Shown one piece after another: positions 30,251 to 39,770 of a stretch of 64,000 bases of DNA (the first letter of the stretch is position 1; each line of letters begins with the position of its first letter). The notes beneath the pieces were generated by a model. It searched no databases. It saw only the letters and a program-made list of their open reading frames with translations, and was not told where the DNA came from. Source of the stretch: an uncultured Acidimicrobiia bacterium (GTDB lineage Bacteria; Actinomycetota; Acidimicrobiia; Spongiisociales; JAENVV01); assembly GCA_963752075.1 (NCBI GenBank), contig CAVVWO010000002.1, positions 131,993-195,992 of the forward strand, given 5' to 3'. The translations under genes and the position numbers were made by a program.

Positions 30251-30802
30251 ATGGCCGAAGAATTCGACGCTCTCCAAGAACTCGGTGCAGAGTTGCGCCA
30301 GCGGGTGGAGCGGGAGATCCGTTGGGAAGCGGAGGACATCGAGGCCGACACCGAGCAGGGTCGGGTTCGGAAGCGCTCCCTGGGGGACGTGGCCGCCGAG
30401 TTGATGCATCACGGCGATGTGGTGGCGGTGGGGTCCGCCGAGACCGAGATCACCGGGCGAATCGTCTACGCCCGCGGCGACCTGGCCGTGGTGCAGACCG
30501 GACATGCGATGGTCTCGGTCAATTTGGCCGGTCCGGTCTACATCAAGGTGACGCGGAGATCGACCATGGGAGGCGTTTCGTCGCCGACGGGGGGCTCCGG
30601 GTCCTTCAAGGCCCGGCTGGCGGAGTTCGAACAGACGGCAGAACCGGTTCGAGTCATCGCGACGGGTTTGGCGGAGTCGATCGAGGGTCGAATCACCATT
30701 GCAGCATCTGATCATCTGGTCATCACCAATCGGGACGGCATCGAGTGGTTCGTTCCATCCACCACCATCGCCATGGTTCTTCAACCGCTCATTCGGCGCT
30801 GA
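30251..30802 (+). CDS. hypothetical protein with an internal duplication of a small beta-rich module
   Basis: ATG start, coding-like composition and no motif I recognise. The two related segments are described in the findings. Confidence 0.6.
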   Translation: MAEEFDALQELGAELRQRVEREIRWEAEDIEADTEQGRVRKRSLGDVAAELMHHGDVVAVGSAETEITGRIVYARGDLAVVQTGHAMVSVNLAGPVYIKVTRRSTMGGVSSPTGGSGSFKARLAEFEQTAEPVRVIATGLAESIEGRITIAASDHLVITNRDGIEWFVPSTTIAMVLQPLIRR

Positions 30803-31016
30803 CGGTGGTCTCCACTTCGGCGTCCGCTTCCACGGGATGCGCTTTGAGGAACTCGAAAATCTCGTCTCTGAAGAACTTGAAGGATCTGCCGCCAGGTAGC
30901 CGATAGGCGGGGATCCGGGCTTCGCGGGCGTATTTTCGAACCATTTGCACGTTCATGCCAAGCAGGTCTGCAACCTGCGAGGCATCCAGGATGGGAGGTA
31001 GGTCGTTCTCCATCAT
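30789..31016 (-). CDS. excisionase-family (MerR-like winged helix) DNA-binding protein
   Basis: ILDASQVADLLGMNVQMVRKYAREARIPAYRLPGGRSFKFFRDEIFEFL matches the helix-turn-helix_17 pattern. Confidence 0.8.
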   Translation of the reverse strand: MMENDLPPILDASQVADLLGMNVQMVRKYAREARIPAYRLPGGRSFKFFRDEIFEFLKAHPVEADAEVETTVSAE

Positions 31017-31193
31017 TGTCCTTCCCTCAGGGTCGCCGGACCGCCGGCATCACGAGTGTGTCAGCGAGACTCAGCACTATTGAACGTTACTCTAGCGTAT
31101 ACAGCATGATTTTGCCAGCGCTCGCGGTCGAGTGGCCACCCTCCTCATCGTCGCCCGTTCCGAACCGTGAGCACCGTCGGCTATCGTCTCGCC

Positions 31194-32042
31194 ATGGCAC
31201 TACGGCCGCTCGGAATCGGTGAGATCGTCGACGGCGCCGTGAAACTCGTTCGGCTGGACGTCCGTCACCTGTGGGGCGCGGCCGCCACCATCTTTCTCCC
31301 CGTGGCGCTGGTGCAATGGTGGGACCTACTGGACGCAGACCTATCGGGAGAGACCACCGGGTCGGGGGTTGCGTCGATCTTCCTCATGGGTTCCGGATTG
31401 GAAGGATGGAGTTTCCCGGTTCTGGTGATCCTGGCCATCACGGTTCTCCGGCCATTCGTCTTGCACAGCGCCGACGAGGTCCTTTTTGGTCGCGTCCGCG
31501 CCTCGATCCCTCAGATCCTTCGCGGTCTCCCCACCATGGCTGTCGCCTCCACCCTCAAGTTCCTGGCCATCGCGCTGGGCGCATTACTCGGAGGCGTCCC
31601 TGGGATCTTCGTAGCCACCCGACTGGCCGTGGCGGAATCGACGGTCGTGTCCGAAGGGACAGGCCCCGTTGCGGCCATTCCTCGCTCGTCACGCCTGGTG
31701 AAAGGTCGGACGTTTCCGATCTTGGGTACCTTGACCGTCCTGCTTCTCGTGCGCCTCGGAGTAGCTCTGGTGCTGAACGTGGCGGGCGAGTCAGGCGTGT
31801 TCCTCGACCTGGAGCCGGCCGCCACCCGCCTCTTCATCGTCGTCGGCAGTTATGCCACTGCGGTGATGATCTGGCCGGTCGCCTTGGCGGCCAAGGCACT
31901 CGTCTTCGCCGACCTCCGGGTACGGAAGGAGGCCCTCGACCTCGACCTGATGATCAGTCGGCTCGATCGACCCGCCGCCAATGCTGCCCAAACCGGCGGA
32001 GGACGGGGCAGCGGCTGGGCAGGGATCCCGCGGGGCCGTTGA
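31194..32042 (+). CDS. polytopic membrane protein, first gene of the MoxR-associated cluster
   Basis: MALRPLGIGEIVDGAVKLVR start followed by 5-6 TM helices. The ORF is open from 31167. Confidence 0.6.
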   Translation: MALRPLGIGEIVDGAVKLVRLDVRHLWGAAATIFLPVALVQWWDLLDADLSGETTGSGVASIFLMGSGLEGWSFPVLVILAITVLRPFVLHSADEVLFGRVRASIPQILRGLPTMAVASTLKFLAIALGALLGGVPGIFVATRLAVAESTVVSEGTGPVAAIPRSSRLVKGRTFPILGTLTVLLLVRLGVALVLNVAGESGVFLDLEPAATRLFIVVGSYATAVMIWPVALAAKALVFADLRVRKEALDLDLMISRLDRPAANAAQTGGGRGSGWAGIPRGR

Positions 32043-32085
32043 TGGGGCGAACGACCGGCTTCTTGCTCATGGTTCCGAGTCCCTA

Positions 32086-32751
32086 GTGGCGACGCTCGGA
32101 CCCATCCCTCCCACCCTGGCGCAGATCACAACGGAGATCGACGCCGATGAGTTGCGTGAGATCGCTGAACGGATCCTGGCTGAAAGGGCCTACGCGGAAT
32201 CGGAGCCCAGTGTCCTGAGCCGCATATTCGACTGGCTAGCCGAGCTCTTCGATATCGACATCCCGTCACCCGAGACGGGCGCCCTCGACGCGGGAGGAGC
32301 TGGACTGGTCGGCCTGAGGACGGCGCTGATCGTGATGGTGATTCTCGCTCTGGTCGGGTGGGGCGCCTCCTATGTCATCCGCCAACGGACCAGCCTGCGG
32401 CCCGCCGACCACGAAGCGCCGATATCCGAGGCCGGTTGGACCGTGAACGAAATGGAGCGTCGGGCGTCGGCTGCCGCCAAACGCGGAGACTTCGCTGAAG
32501 CTCTCCGACTTCGGTTCGAGGCCGGGTTGGTCCGGCTGGAAAAGCGTGGGACGTTGTCGCGTCACACCACTCGGACGAGTGGCCAAGTCGGCGAAGCGGT
32601 GCGCCTCCGCGAGTTCGATCAGGTGGCCGACGTGTTCGACGCAGTCATCTACGGCGGCCGGCCGGCTGCCTCTGAGGACGACGCGTTCTCTGCCTCGGCG
32701 TGGCCGGTCATCGTCGCACAGGCCCCCAAACCCGAGGACCAGGATCAATGA
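32086..32751 (+). CDS. DUF4129 domain protein
   Basis: Central TM (LIVMVILALVGW), then the C-terminal pattern AAKRGDFAEALRLRFEAGLVRLEKRG...TSGQV...F..AVYGGRPA typical of DUF4129. The start is tentative. Confidence 0.7.
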   Translation: MATLGPIPPTLAQITTEIDADELREIAERILAERAYAESEPSVLSRIFDWLAELFDIDIPSPETGALDAGGAGLVGLRTALIVMVILALVGWGASYVIRQRTSLRPADHEAPISEAGWTVNEMERRASAAAKRGDFAEALRLRFEAGLVRLEKRGTLSRHTTRTSGQVGEAVRLREFDQVADVFDAVIYGGRPAASEDDAFSASAWPVIVAQAPKPEDQDQ

Positions 32752-33938
32752 CCGACCGGGCACGCCGGATCCGCAACCGGCTCGTGGCCGCCGTGGCGGT
32801 GTTGGTCCTGCTGAATGTTGCGTTGGCGGCCGCCAACGAACTCCTCCCCTCTGGGCGCATCGACGGCGACGCCGGATCGTCATTCGTCACGACGCCCGCC
32901 GGAAGTGCCGCATGGTTCGAGCTGCTCCGACGCACCGGCCTCCAGCCCGAGCGACTCACCTCGCCCATGTCCGATTCGGACCTCGACCTGTCGGTCACCC
33001 TGGTGATAGCCGACGTTTGGTACGCGGACGGACCCTCGGTCGAGGCGGTCCGCGACTTCGTTCGGAAGGGCGGCCGGGCCGTGGTGGCGACGCCGGAAGG
33101 ATGGGTCGGCGACGTGGCCGATGCCTTGCTGGACTCGCGCCCGGCCGAGTTGGCAAGTCCTCTGTCATCTACGTTCGTGCCCACTGGCAGCGACCTGGCC
33201 GTGCGGGGTGTTTCCGTCGTGGAGAGCGCCGGCGTTCAAGTCTGGGCCGCTGCCCCGGAGAGCGAACAAATCCTCGTCAACGACACCGGGGAGGCGCTGG
33301 CCGTCACCTACCCGCTCGGAGAGGGGACCGTGGTGCTCGTTGCCGATTCCTCGGTCTTCTCGAACGAGTATCTCGACGAAGCAGACAACGCCGCATTCGC
33401 CGTGGCAGTGCTCGGCGACCGTCCTGCGGTGTTCGACGAGTACTCCCATGGCTACATCGACGACCTCGTCACGGAGCCCCTCCTCCCGCGTTCATGGCGA
33501 TGGACGCTGTACCTGTTGGCGGCCGCCACTGTGGTCTTTCTGATCGCGGCCGGCCGCCGGCTCGGACCACCCGAGCGGGCCACGCGCCGGCTTCCGCCGC
33601 CCCGTCGGTGGTTCATCGAGTCTTTAGCCACCACCCTGGGCCGCACCGATCTCACAGAAGCCACGGAGCCGTTGCGGCTCGAAACCCTCCGCCGCCTCCT
33701 CACGAAGACAGGTCTCGGCGCGGATGCCTCTCCAGAAGACATCATGTCAGCCGGAGTAGCGCTGGGGATCTCTGGGAGCGACCTCCAAGCCTTGCTTCGG
33801 CCGGCCGAGAACCAAGAGGACGCCATGGCGGTGGCGAGAGTGATATCGGCCTTGAGTCGCCGGACCGGCTCCGGGACGCCGGTGGATCATGCGCTCGCTA
33901 TCGTGCCGAGCCGGAGTTCAGAGGAGGGACACCCGTGA
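32748..33938 (+). CDS. DUF4350 domain protein
   Basis: N-terminal TM and a second TM near residue 270. ATGA overlap upstream and GTGA overlap downstream. Family called from its position before moxR plus general resemblance. Confidence 0.65.
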   Translation: MTDRARRIRNRLVAAVAVLVLLNVALAAANELLPSGRIDGDAGSSFVTTPAGSAAWFELLRRTGLQPERLTSPMSDSDLDLSVTLVIADVWYADGPSVEAVRDFVRKGGRAVVATPEGWVGDVADALLDSRPAELASPLSSTFVPTGSDLAVRGVSVVESAGVQVWAAAPESEQILVNDTGEALAVTYPLGEGTVVLVADSSVFSNEYLDEADNAAFAVAVLGDRPAVFDEYSHGYIDDLVTEPLLPRSWRWTLYLLAAATVVFLIAAGRRLGPPERATRRLPPPRRWFIESLATTLGRTDLTEATEPLRLETLRRLLTKTGLGADASPEDIMSAGVALGISGSDLQALLRPAENQEDAMAVARVISALSRRTGSGTPVDHALAIVPSRSSEEGHP

Positions 33939-34864
33939 ACGAGATCAGAGACCGGCTCCACCGAGAGGTCGCCAAGGTGGTCGTCGGCCAAACAGCCGCG
34001 ATCGACCTGATGCTGGTCGCTTTGGCCGTGGCCGGCCACGTCCTCCTCGAAGGTGTCCCGGGCACGGCCAAGACCCTGGTCGCCAACGCCGTCGCCAATG
34101 CGCTCGGAATCGACTTCACTCGGGCACAGTTCACTCCTGACATGCTTCCCTCGGACCTGACCGGGACCATGACGCTGGCAGCCGGCCAGCTCGAGTTTCG
34201 ACGGGGCCCGGTCTTCACCAACATGCTCCTGGCTGACGAGATCAATCGGACTCCTCCCAAGACCCAGGCGGCGTTGCTGGAAGCGATGGCCGAGCAACAG
34301 GTCACCGTTGACGGGGTGAGCCATCCGCTTCCGAACCCATTCATGGTGGTGGCCACCCAAAACCCCATCGAATACGAAGGCACCTACCCATTGCCCGAGG
34401 CCCAGCTGGACCGCTTCCTCGTCAAGGTCGACTTCGGGTACCCGACCGAGGCCGAGGAACGGGCGATGCTCCACCTGGCCAGGACGGGAGTCAATCCCGC
34501 CACTCTCGATGACGTCCAGTCGATCACCACCACTGCGGAGATCCTGGGGTTGAGAGAGATGGTCGACGCCACGACCGCCACCGACGAGGTGATCGCCTAC
34601 GTCAGCGATCTGGTCCGGAAGACCCGGGAACTCCCCGCGGTTGAACTGGGGGCGAGCCCGAGGGCTGCGGTGCATCTCCTGGCGGCATCGCGAGCAGCCG
34701 CTCGGATGGTCGGGCGAGATTTCGTCACCCCGGACGACATTGTCAGGGTCGCCCCAGCCGTTCTCCGTCACCGCATTCTGCTCCGGCCCGAAGCCGAACT
34801 CGACCAGTACCGACCGGACGACGCCGTGCGGGCGGCCATCGCCTCGGTGCCGGTCCCTCGCTGA
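33935..34864 (+). CDS. moxR: MoxR-family AAA+ ATPase
   Basis: GHVLLEGVPGTAKT (Walker A), LLADEINR (Walker B), FMVVATQNPIEYEGTYPLPEAQLDRF, LGASPRA. GAGGAGG precedes the GTG start. Confidence 0.95.
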   Translation: MNEIRDRLHREVAKVVVGQTAAIDLMLVALAVAGHVLLEGVPGTAKTLVANAVANALGIDFTRAQFTPDMLPSDLTGTMTLAAGQLEFRRGPVFTNMLLADEINRTPPKTQAALLEAMAEQQVTVDGVSHPLPNPFMVVATQNPIEYEGTYPLPEAQLDRFLVKVDFGYPTEAEERAMLHLARTGVNPATLDDVQSITTTAEILGLREMVDATTATDEVIAYVSDLVRKTRELPAVELGASPRAAVHLLAASRAAARMVGRDFVTPDDIVRVAPAVLRHRILLRPEAELDQYRPDDAVRAAIASVPVPR

Positions 34865-34894
34865 CGTCATGCCCTCCCCCGAGGCAGTCCGTCG

Positions 34895-36137
34895 ATGACC
34901 CCGACGATGCGGGCGGCTCTCCTCGCCGGTTGCCTGGCTCTGGCGCCTCTCGTCCTCCCGCTGCGGGTGGCGTTGGTGGTGTTTCTGGCGGGCGCCGTGG
35001 TCGTGGTGGTGGACATGGCAATGGTGCGCCAATCCCCAAGCGTCGATCGCTCCGTTCCGAGGATCCTCTCGAGGAGTGTCAGCTCCGCTCAGTGTGAGCG
35101 CCTCGGGTAGCCGAGGCTCCATCCGCGTTCGCCAGCCGGCCAACCCCGACGTGAGCATCTCACCGCAAGAGGGCGACGGTGGGCTGGACGCCACCATCAC
35201 TCCCCTGCGACGGGGGAAACACCTCTTGCCGGCCATGGCCACCCGAACCACTGGTGCCCTCGGGCTGGGAGCTGCCCACCACCGACCCGGTGACGCCACC
35301 GAGATCCTGGTCTATCCGGACATGCCGGCCGCCCACCGAATAGTCCAGGCGGTTCGAAAGGGGAAGTTCATCGAGGAAGGGCGCCGCACGCGTGGCCCCT
35401 TGGGTCTCGGTACCGAGTTCGAGTCGATCAGGGACTACTCACCGGACGACGACATCCGCCAGGTCAACTGGCGAGCGACCGCTCGCGTGGGGCGACCCAT
35501 GAGCAACCAATATCGAGTCGAGCAGGATCGCGACGTGATCATCCTGCTCGATGCCGGACGTTTGATGGCCGCCCCCATCGACCATCGAACCCGGATGGAC
35601 GCAGCCATCGACGCCGCCACCACCGTGGCGCTCGTCGCAGACGAAATGGGAGACCGGGCCGGGGTGATCGCATTCGACTCCGGCCTTCTCAGGCGCCTGA
35701 AACCCGCGCGAGCGGGAGGCGATGCCGTCGTGCGAACGATCTTCGACCTGGAGCCATCAGACAACGAGAGCAACTACGAAATCGGCTTCCAGGCCGTGGC
35801 AACGACCAAGCGCGCTTTTGTCCTGGTGTTGACGGACATAATCAATGAAGCTGCAGCTCGCTCACTCCTGGCAGCTATCCCCGTGCTGGCCCGGCGCCAT
35901 GTCGTGACCGTGGCGTCCGCTCTCGATCAGGAACTCGAAGACCTGGTGGTGCGATCGCCGGACGGCGTCGAGGATGTCTTCCGAGCGGTCGCGGCACTCG
36001 ATGTGCTGACGGAACGGTCGTTGGTCACCAAACGCCTCCGACACCTCGGGGCGGTGGTGGTCGAGTCCCGTGTCGACCAACTCAGCGCTCAATGCGTCGG
36101 TGCCTATCTCCGGGCGAAAGCACGGGCACGGCTGTGA
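34895..36137 (+). pseudogene. DUF58 domain protein (MoxR partner); frameshift near 35075 as assembled
   Basis: The N-terminal 2-TM segment (34895 frame) continues as ...PRILSR/VSAPLSVSASG in the 35076 frame. DUF58 core FESIRDYSPDDDIRQVNWRATARVGRPMSNQYRVEQDRDVIILLD. Confidence 0.85.
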
Positions 36138-37119
36138 CGGTGTTCGCCTCCGCCCAGGATGGTGCCGTCGATCCCACTGGGATGCGGCCTCGCCAGAAAT
36201 AGAGCCCCCAGAACGCGACACCGACAATGACGCCGACCACCAACGTGGGTCGGTACCCGAGGCCGATTCGGCTCAGGAAACCTTCGAGAACACCCGCCAA
36301 CACCAACCAGGGGGCCGTCCCCAGCGCCAGGCGGAATGCTTCCAAGCCTTCAGCCCGAAGAGATTCGCCTCTGCCCAGGTTCCCCGGCCGGAGGAGGGAA
36401 CGGCCCAGACTGAATCCAGCCGTGCCGCCGATGAAGACGCAAGACAACTCCAGGATGCCGTGGCCGGCCACCGCCGCCACGAACACGTCGCCGTTGCCGG
36501 CGTTCACAGCCAGAGTGCCCAGGGCACCAAAGATGAACCCGTTGTAGGCCATGGAATAGAGCGTGCCGATCCCCCAGGCCACCCCCATCGCGAAAGCAGC
36601 CATCGTCACCAGGATGTTGTTCGTCATCACGAATACAGAGAACCCGGCCAGCCCGGCCGCGCTCGCTTCGATGTCGGTGTTCTCCGCCTCGGTCACCCAC
36701 CGAAATCCCTCCGGCATGGCGTCGAGCGTTCCGGACGGGTTGGTCACCGCCACGGCCATCCCCACCACCACGGCCGCCCCGAAGACGGCGAGCGTCAAAC
36801 GCAGCATGGTGTGCCGGTCTCGGAGGGCCTGCCAGTAGCCGGTCGAGAGATACCCCCAAACCGTCCTCGTGCGATCGGGGCGCTCGTATACCAGAGCCCG
36901 GGCTCCCCCGACCATGGCTTCCAATCGATCGACAATCGGGTCGTAGGAGAAGTGTTGGCGTGCGTAGGCAAGATCTGCCGTGGCTCGTCGGTAGAGCTTG
37001 GCGAGCCTTCGAACCCGGTCGGCGCCCAAGGATTCGAGCCGGGAGCCGGCGAGGTGAACGAGGTCCTCGAGTTCGACCCATTCCCGTTGGCGTTCTTGTT
37101 CAAAGCGAAACAGATTCAT
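36082..37119 (-). CDS. stage II sporulation protein M-like (DUF95) membrane protein
   Basis: MNLFRFEQERQREWVELEDL...LYRRATADLAYAR N-domain, followed by TM helices with NNILVTMAAFAMG and GHGILELSCVFIGG. The 3' end overlaps the DUF58 3' end by 56 nt. Confidence 0.75.
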   Translation of the reverse strand: MNLFRFEQERQREWVELEDLVHLAGSRLESLGADRVRRLAKLYRRATADLAYARQHFSYDPIVDRLEAMVGGARALVYERPDRTRTVWGYLSTGYWQALRDRHTMLRLTLAVFGAAVVVGMAVAVTNPSGTLDAMPEGFRWVTEAENTDIEASAAGLAGFSVFVMTNNILVTMAAFAMGVAWGIGTLYSMAYNGFIFGALGTLAVNAGNGDVFVAAVAGHGILELSCVFIGGTAGFSLGRSLLRPGNLGRGESLRAEGLEAFRLALGTAPWLVLAGVLEGFLSRIGLGYRPTLVVGVIVGVAFWGLYFWRGRIPVGSTAPSWAEANTVTAVPVLSPGDRHRRIER

Positions 37120-37227
37120 CGTCTCGTTCTCGATGGTCCTCGGTGAGCCCCCACCCCCTGTGGGGAATAACCGCGCTCGCCCTCGGGGGATCTCAACATA
37201 ACTGTGGCCAGGCCGATGCACGACCCC

Positions 37228-39687
37228 TTAGGAGACGAGGGCGGGATGATCGGCGTCGGCGGCCGGCAGCGTGACCCGAAAGACGTTGCGCTCCTCGGCT
37301 CGGAAGAACACCACGTCGCCTCCTTGCAGCCTGGCCAGCGCACGGGACACCGTGAGACCCAAACCGATCGACCCTGGCTTGGTGGGCCGGCTATCGGCTC
37401 GTTCGTACGGCTCAAAGATCCGACTCGCTCGATCTGCTGGAATCTCCAGTCCATCGTCACTCACCTCGATGATGGCGTAGCCATCTGATCGCCTGACGCT
37501 GACTTCCACATCAGCGCCGCCATACCGGACGGCGTTCGTGGCCAGGTTGCGAACGATCTGGCGGACCCTGGCAGGATCGCCGATGGCATCCACTCGTCCG
37601 TCGGGCTCGTCGACCACCAGACCCTTGCCAGGGACCAGGTGGAGGCTGTGACGGACGCCTCGCCCCAGATCGAAGCGCTCCGCCGTGACCTTGACCTCGT
37701 CGATGTCGCCGCGTGCCCAGACGAGGAGATCCTCGATGATGTGGGAGAGGTCCGAGCTATGGAAGGCGATCAACTCCTGGAACTCTCTCCTTTCTTCCGG
37801 GCTGTAGTTGACAGAGTCCGAATTCAGTTCCTGCGCAAAGCCGACTACCGCGGTCAGCGGGGTCCGCAATTCGTGGGCCACGGACGCCACAAAACGATCC
37901 TTCGAAGCGATGAGTTCCTGGAGCTTGTGGCCTATCTCCTTGAGTTCTGTCACATCTGCGATGGTCAGGATCACGCCCGAATAATCGGGCCGACCATCGA
38001 AGTCGGGGGCCTGCCAGCGGAGGTCGAGGTGGCGGGGCGAGCCGTCGGCCGCTCGGGTGCGCACCACCATCCCGGCCGATGACCTCCGCTCCCAGATCGC
38101 CGTCAAGGTATCGACAAAGGTGTCCGCGGCTTCCTCGGTATATCGATCCATCAAGGTCATCTCCCCGGTCTCGGTGCCCAGGTGGCTCTGCAGGGCATCG
38201 GCTGCCGGGTTGGCATCGATGATCCTCACCTTCGAGAGGAGATCGGTGAGGTTGCGGGGATCCGCGGTGAGATGAGATCTGAGGTCGGTCACCCCCTCTG
38301 CCCGCAGCTCTTCCATCCTCTGCACGGCCTCCGAGTAATCCTCACGTTGGATGGCGATCGGAGCCAGCTCGAACAGCTGGCGAAATCGGATCTCGCTTTG
38401 GGCCAGCGCCTGTTCGGCGATCCGACGGTCGGTGATATCTTCGACGATGCCGATATACAGCTGCTCGCCGGATGCCTCGTCGGCAATCATCGTGAATCGA
38501 ACCCGGCACCAGCGCTGGACGCCCTTGCTGTTGATGCGGATCTCCTCCTCGACAACCCGCTCGCCTTGGCCGAGCGTTTCCACGCGGGCCTCGAAGTCTG
38601 CCCGCTCGTCGGGATGAACCAGTTCGAGAGCTGCTCGGCCGGTCAATTGTTGCGGGTCTCCCAACCCGGCGATCTCGGCGAGCGATGGGTTTGCCGTGAC
38701 CACCCGTCCCGCAGAGTCGATGATGACGATCCCAACGCCGGCATGTTCGAACGTCACCTGGTGCCGCGCTTCGGCGAGGGCCAGGTCGCGGAGGGCCCGA
38801 CCTCGTTCTCGAGCCAGCAGCTCTGGACGCCGGAGCAGGTTGAAGGTGACCCACCCGGTCATCCCCGCCGCCAGGAGGCCCCCCAGCCACAACGGCAACG
38901 TGGTGCGTGCCGAGGTGGGCCAACCGCCGATCGGTCGGACCGCCAGCTCCCAGGTCGTGTCAGTCGCACCCACCTGGACGTTGCGAAGGAGAGGATCGCC
39001 GTCGAATGCTTCAGGGTCACCTGCGATCATCTCGTCGGAACCCGGCAGGCGAGCCCCCGCCAGCACCATGTCGGACGCGGCTTCGAACTCGGTGAGAGCC
39101 ACAACCGCCGGCCAGTCGAGGACGACGGCCGTGAACCCCCAGAACGTTCCATCCGGGTTGTACACGGGCGACCGCACGATGAGCCCGAGACCACCCTGGA
39201 CGAGCTCGACCGGCCCCTGGATCACCGTTTCTCCCGAAAGGATCACCGGCTCCAGCAGTGCCCGCCGGTCCGGATCGGCCATGAGGTCGAGCCCCACCGC
39301 CGCCTCATTGCCCTCGAGCGGGTGAACGAATCGGAGGATCGAATCGGGCGCCAGCTGGATCGACCGGATCGTGGATCCCTGTTCCTGGAGCGCCTCTGCG
39401 AACCGAGGGAACTCGTCTTCGGTGTGGGTCCCGTCCGGCGCGCTCACAGCCACGAAGGCAACGAGAGCATCGACTGCGGACGTCTCTCGGGCAACCGTGT
39501 CGATGAGGTTTCGGGCGAGGGACTCGGCTTCGACCGACACCGCGGCTCGCACGTCGGCTTCGTGGACTTGGCGCGAGAAGCCATCCAACACCCCGGTCAG
39601 GGCGAGGATGATCAGGGCAGCACCGATCGCGGCGAGTCGGGTCTTCAATCGGAATCCATGGTCTTCGGTAGTGATCGGCACGAACAC
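37228..39687 (-). CDS. sensor histidine kinase: TM - CHASE-like periplasmic domain - TM - 2x PAS - HisKA - HATPase_c
   Basis: Periplasmic IQLAPDSILRFVHPLEGNEAAVGLDLMADPDRRALLEPVILSGETVIQGPVELVQGG. H-box FVASVAHELRTPLT, N-box NLATNAVRYG and G-box GLGLTVSR. No response regulator is adjacent. Confidence 0.92.
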   Translation of the reverse strand: MFVPITTEDHGFRLKTRLAAIGAALIILALTGVLDGFSRQVHEADVRAAVSVEAESLARNLIDTVARETSAVDALVAFVAVSAPDGTHTEDEFPRFAEALQEQGSTIRSIQLAPDSILRFVHPLEGNEAAVGLDLMADPDRRALLEPVILSGETVIQGPVELVQGGLGLIVRSPVYNPDGTFWGFTAVVLDWPAVVALTEFEAASDMVLAGARLPGSDEMIAGDPEAFDGDPLLRNVQVGATDTTWELAVRPIGGWPTSARTTLPLWLGGLLAAGMTGWVTFNLLRRPELLARERGRALRDLALAEARHQVTFEHAGVGIVIIDSAGRVVTANPSLAEIAGLGDPQQLTGRAALELVHPDERADFEARVETLGQGERVVEEEIRINSKGVQRWCRVRFTMIADEASGEQLYIGIVEDITDRRIAEQALAQSEIRFRQLFELAPIAIQREDYSEAVQRMEELRAEGVTDLRSHLTADPRNLTDLLSKVRIIDANPAADALQSHLGTETGEMTLMDRYTEEAADTFVDTLTAIWERRSSAGMVVRTRAADGSPRHLDLRWQAPDFDGRPDYSGVILTIADVTELKEIGHKLQELIASKDRFVASVAHELRTPLTAVVGFAQELNSDSVNYSPEERREFQELIAFHSSDLSHIIEDLLVWARGDIDEVKVTAERFDLGRGVRHSLHLVPGKGLVVDEPDGRVDAIGDPARVRQIVRNLATNAVRYGGADVEVSVRRSDGYAIIEVSDDGLEIPADRASRIFEPYERADSRPTKPGSIGLGLTVSRALARLQGGDVVFFRAEERNVFRVTLPAADADHPALVS

Positions 39688-39770
39688 TAACGAGATGAAG
39701 AGTTTGTTGGTGCGAGTGCGAGCCGCCGAAGCACTCGTATTCGCAGCACATCGGAGATAGATTCCCCCTC

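Noticed and set aside
30789-31016. The excisionase-family HTH gene as evidence of a prophage or integrative element.
   Set aside because: There is no partner recombinase and no phage genes. Small excisionase-type/MerR-like HTH proteins are common stand-alone regulators in Actinobacteria (for example BldC-like).
32546-34864. 772-aa ORF that would fuse a large N-terminal domain to MoxR.
   Set aside because: Only the last 310 codons are MoxR, with a GTG start at 33935 behind GAGGAGG. The upstream part is an off-frame read-through of the DUF4129 and DUF4350 genes with Arg/Pro-rich composition.
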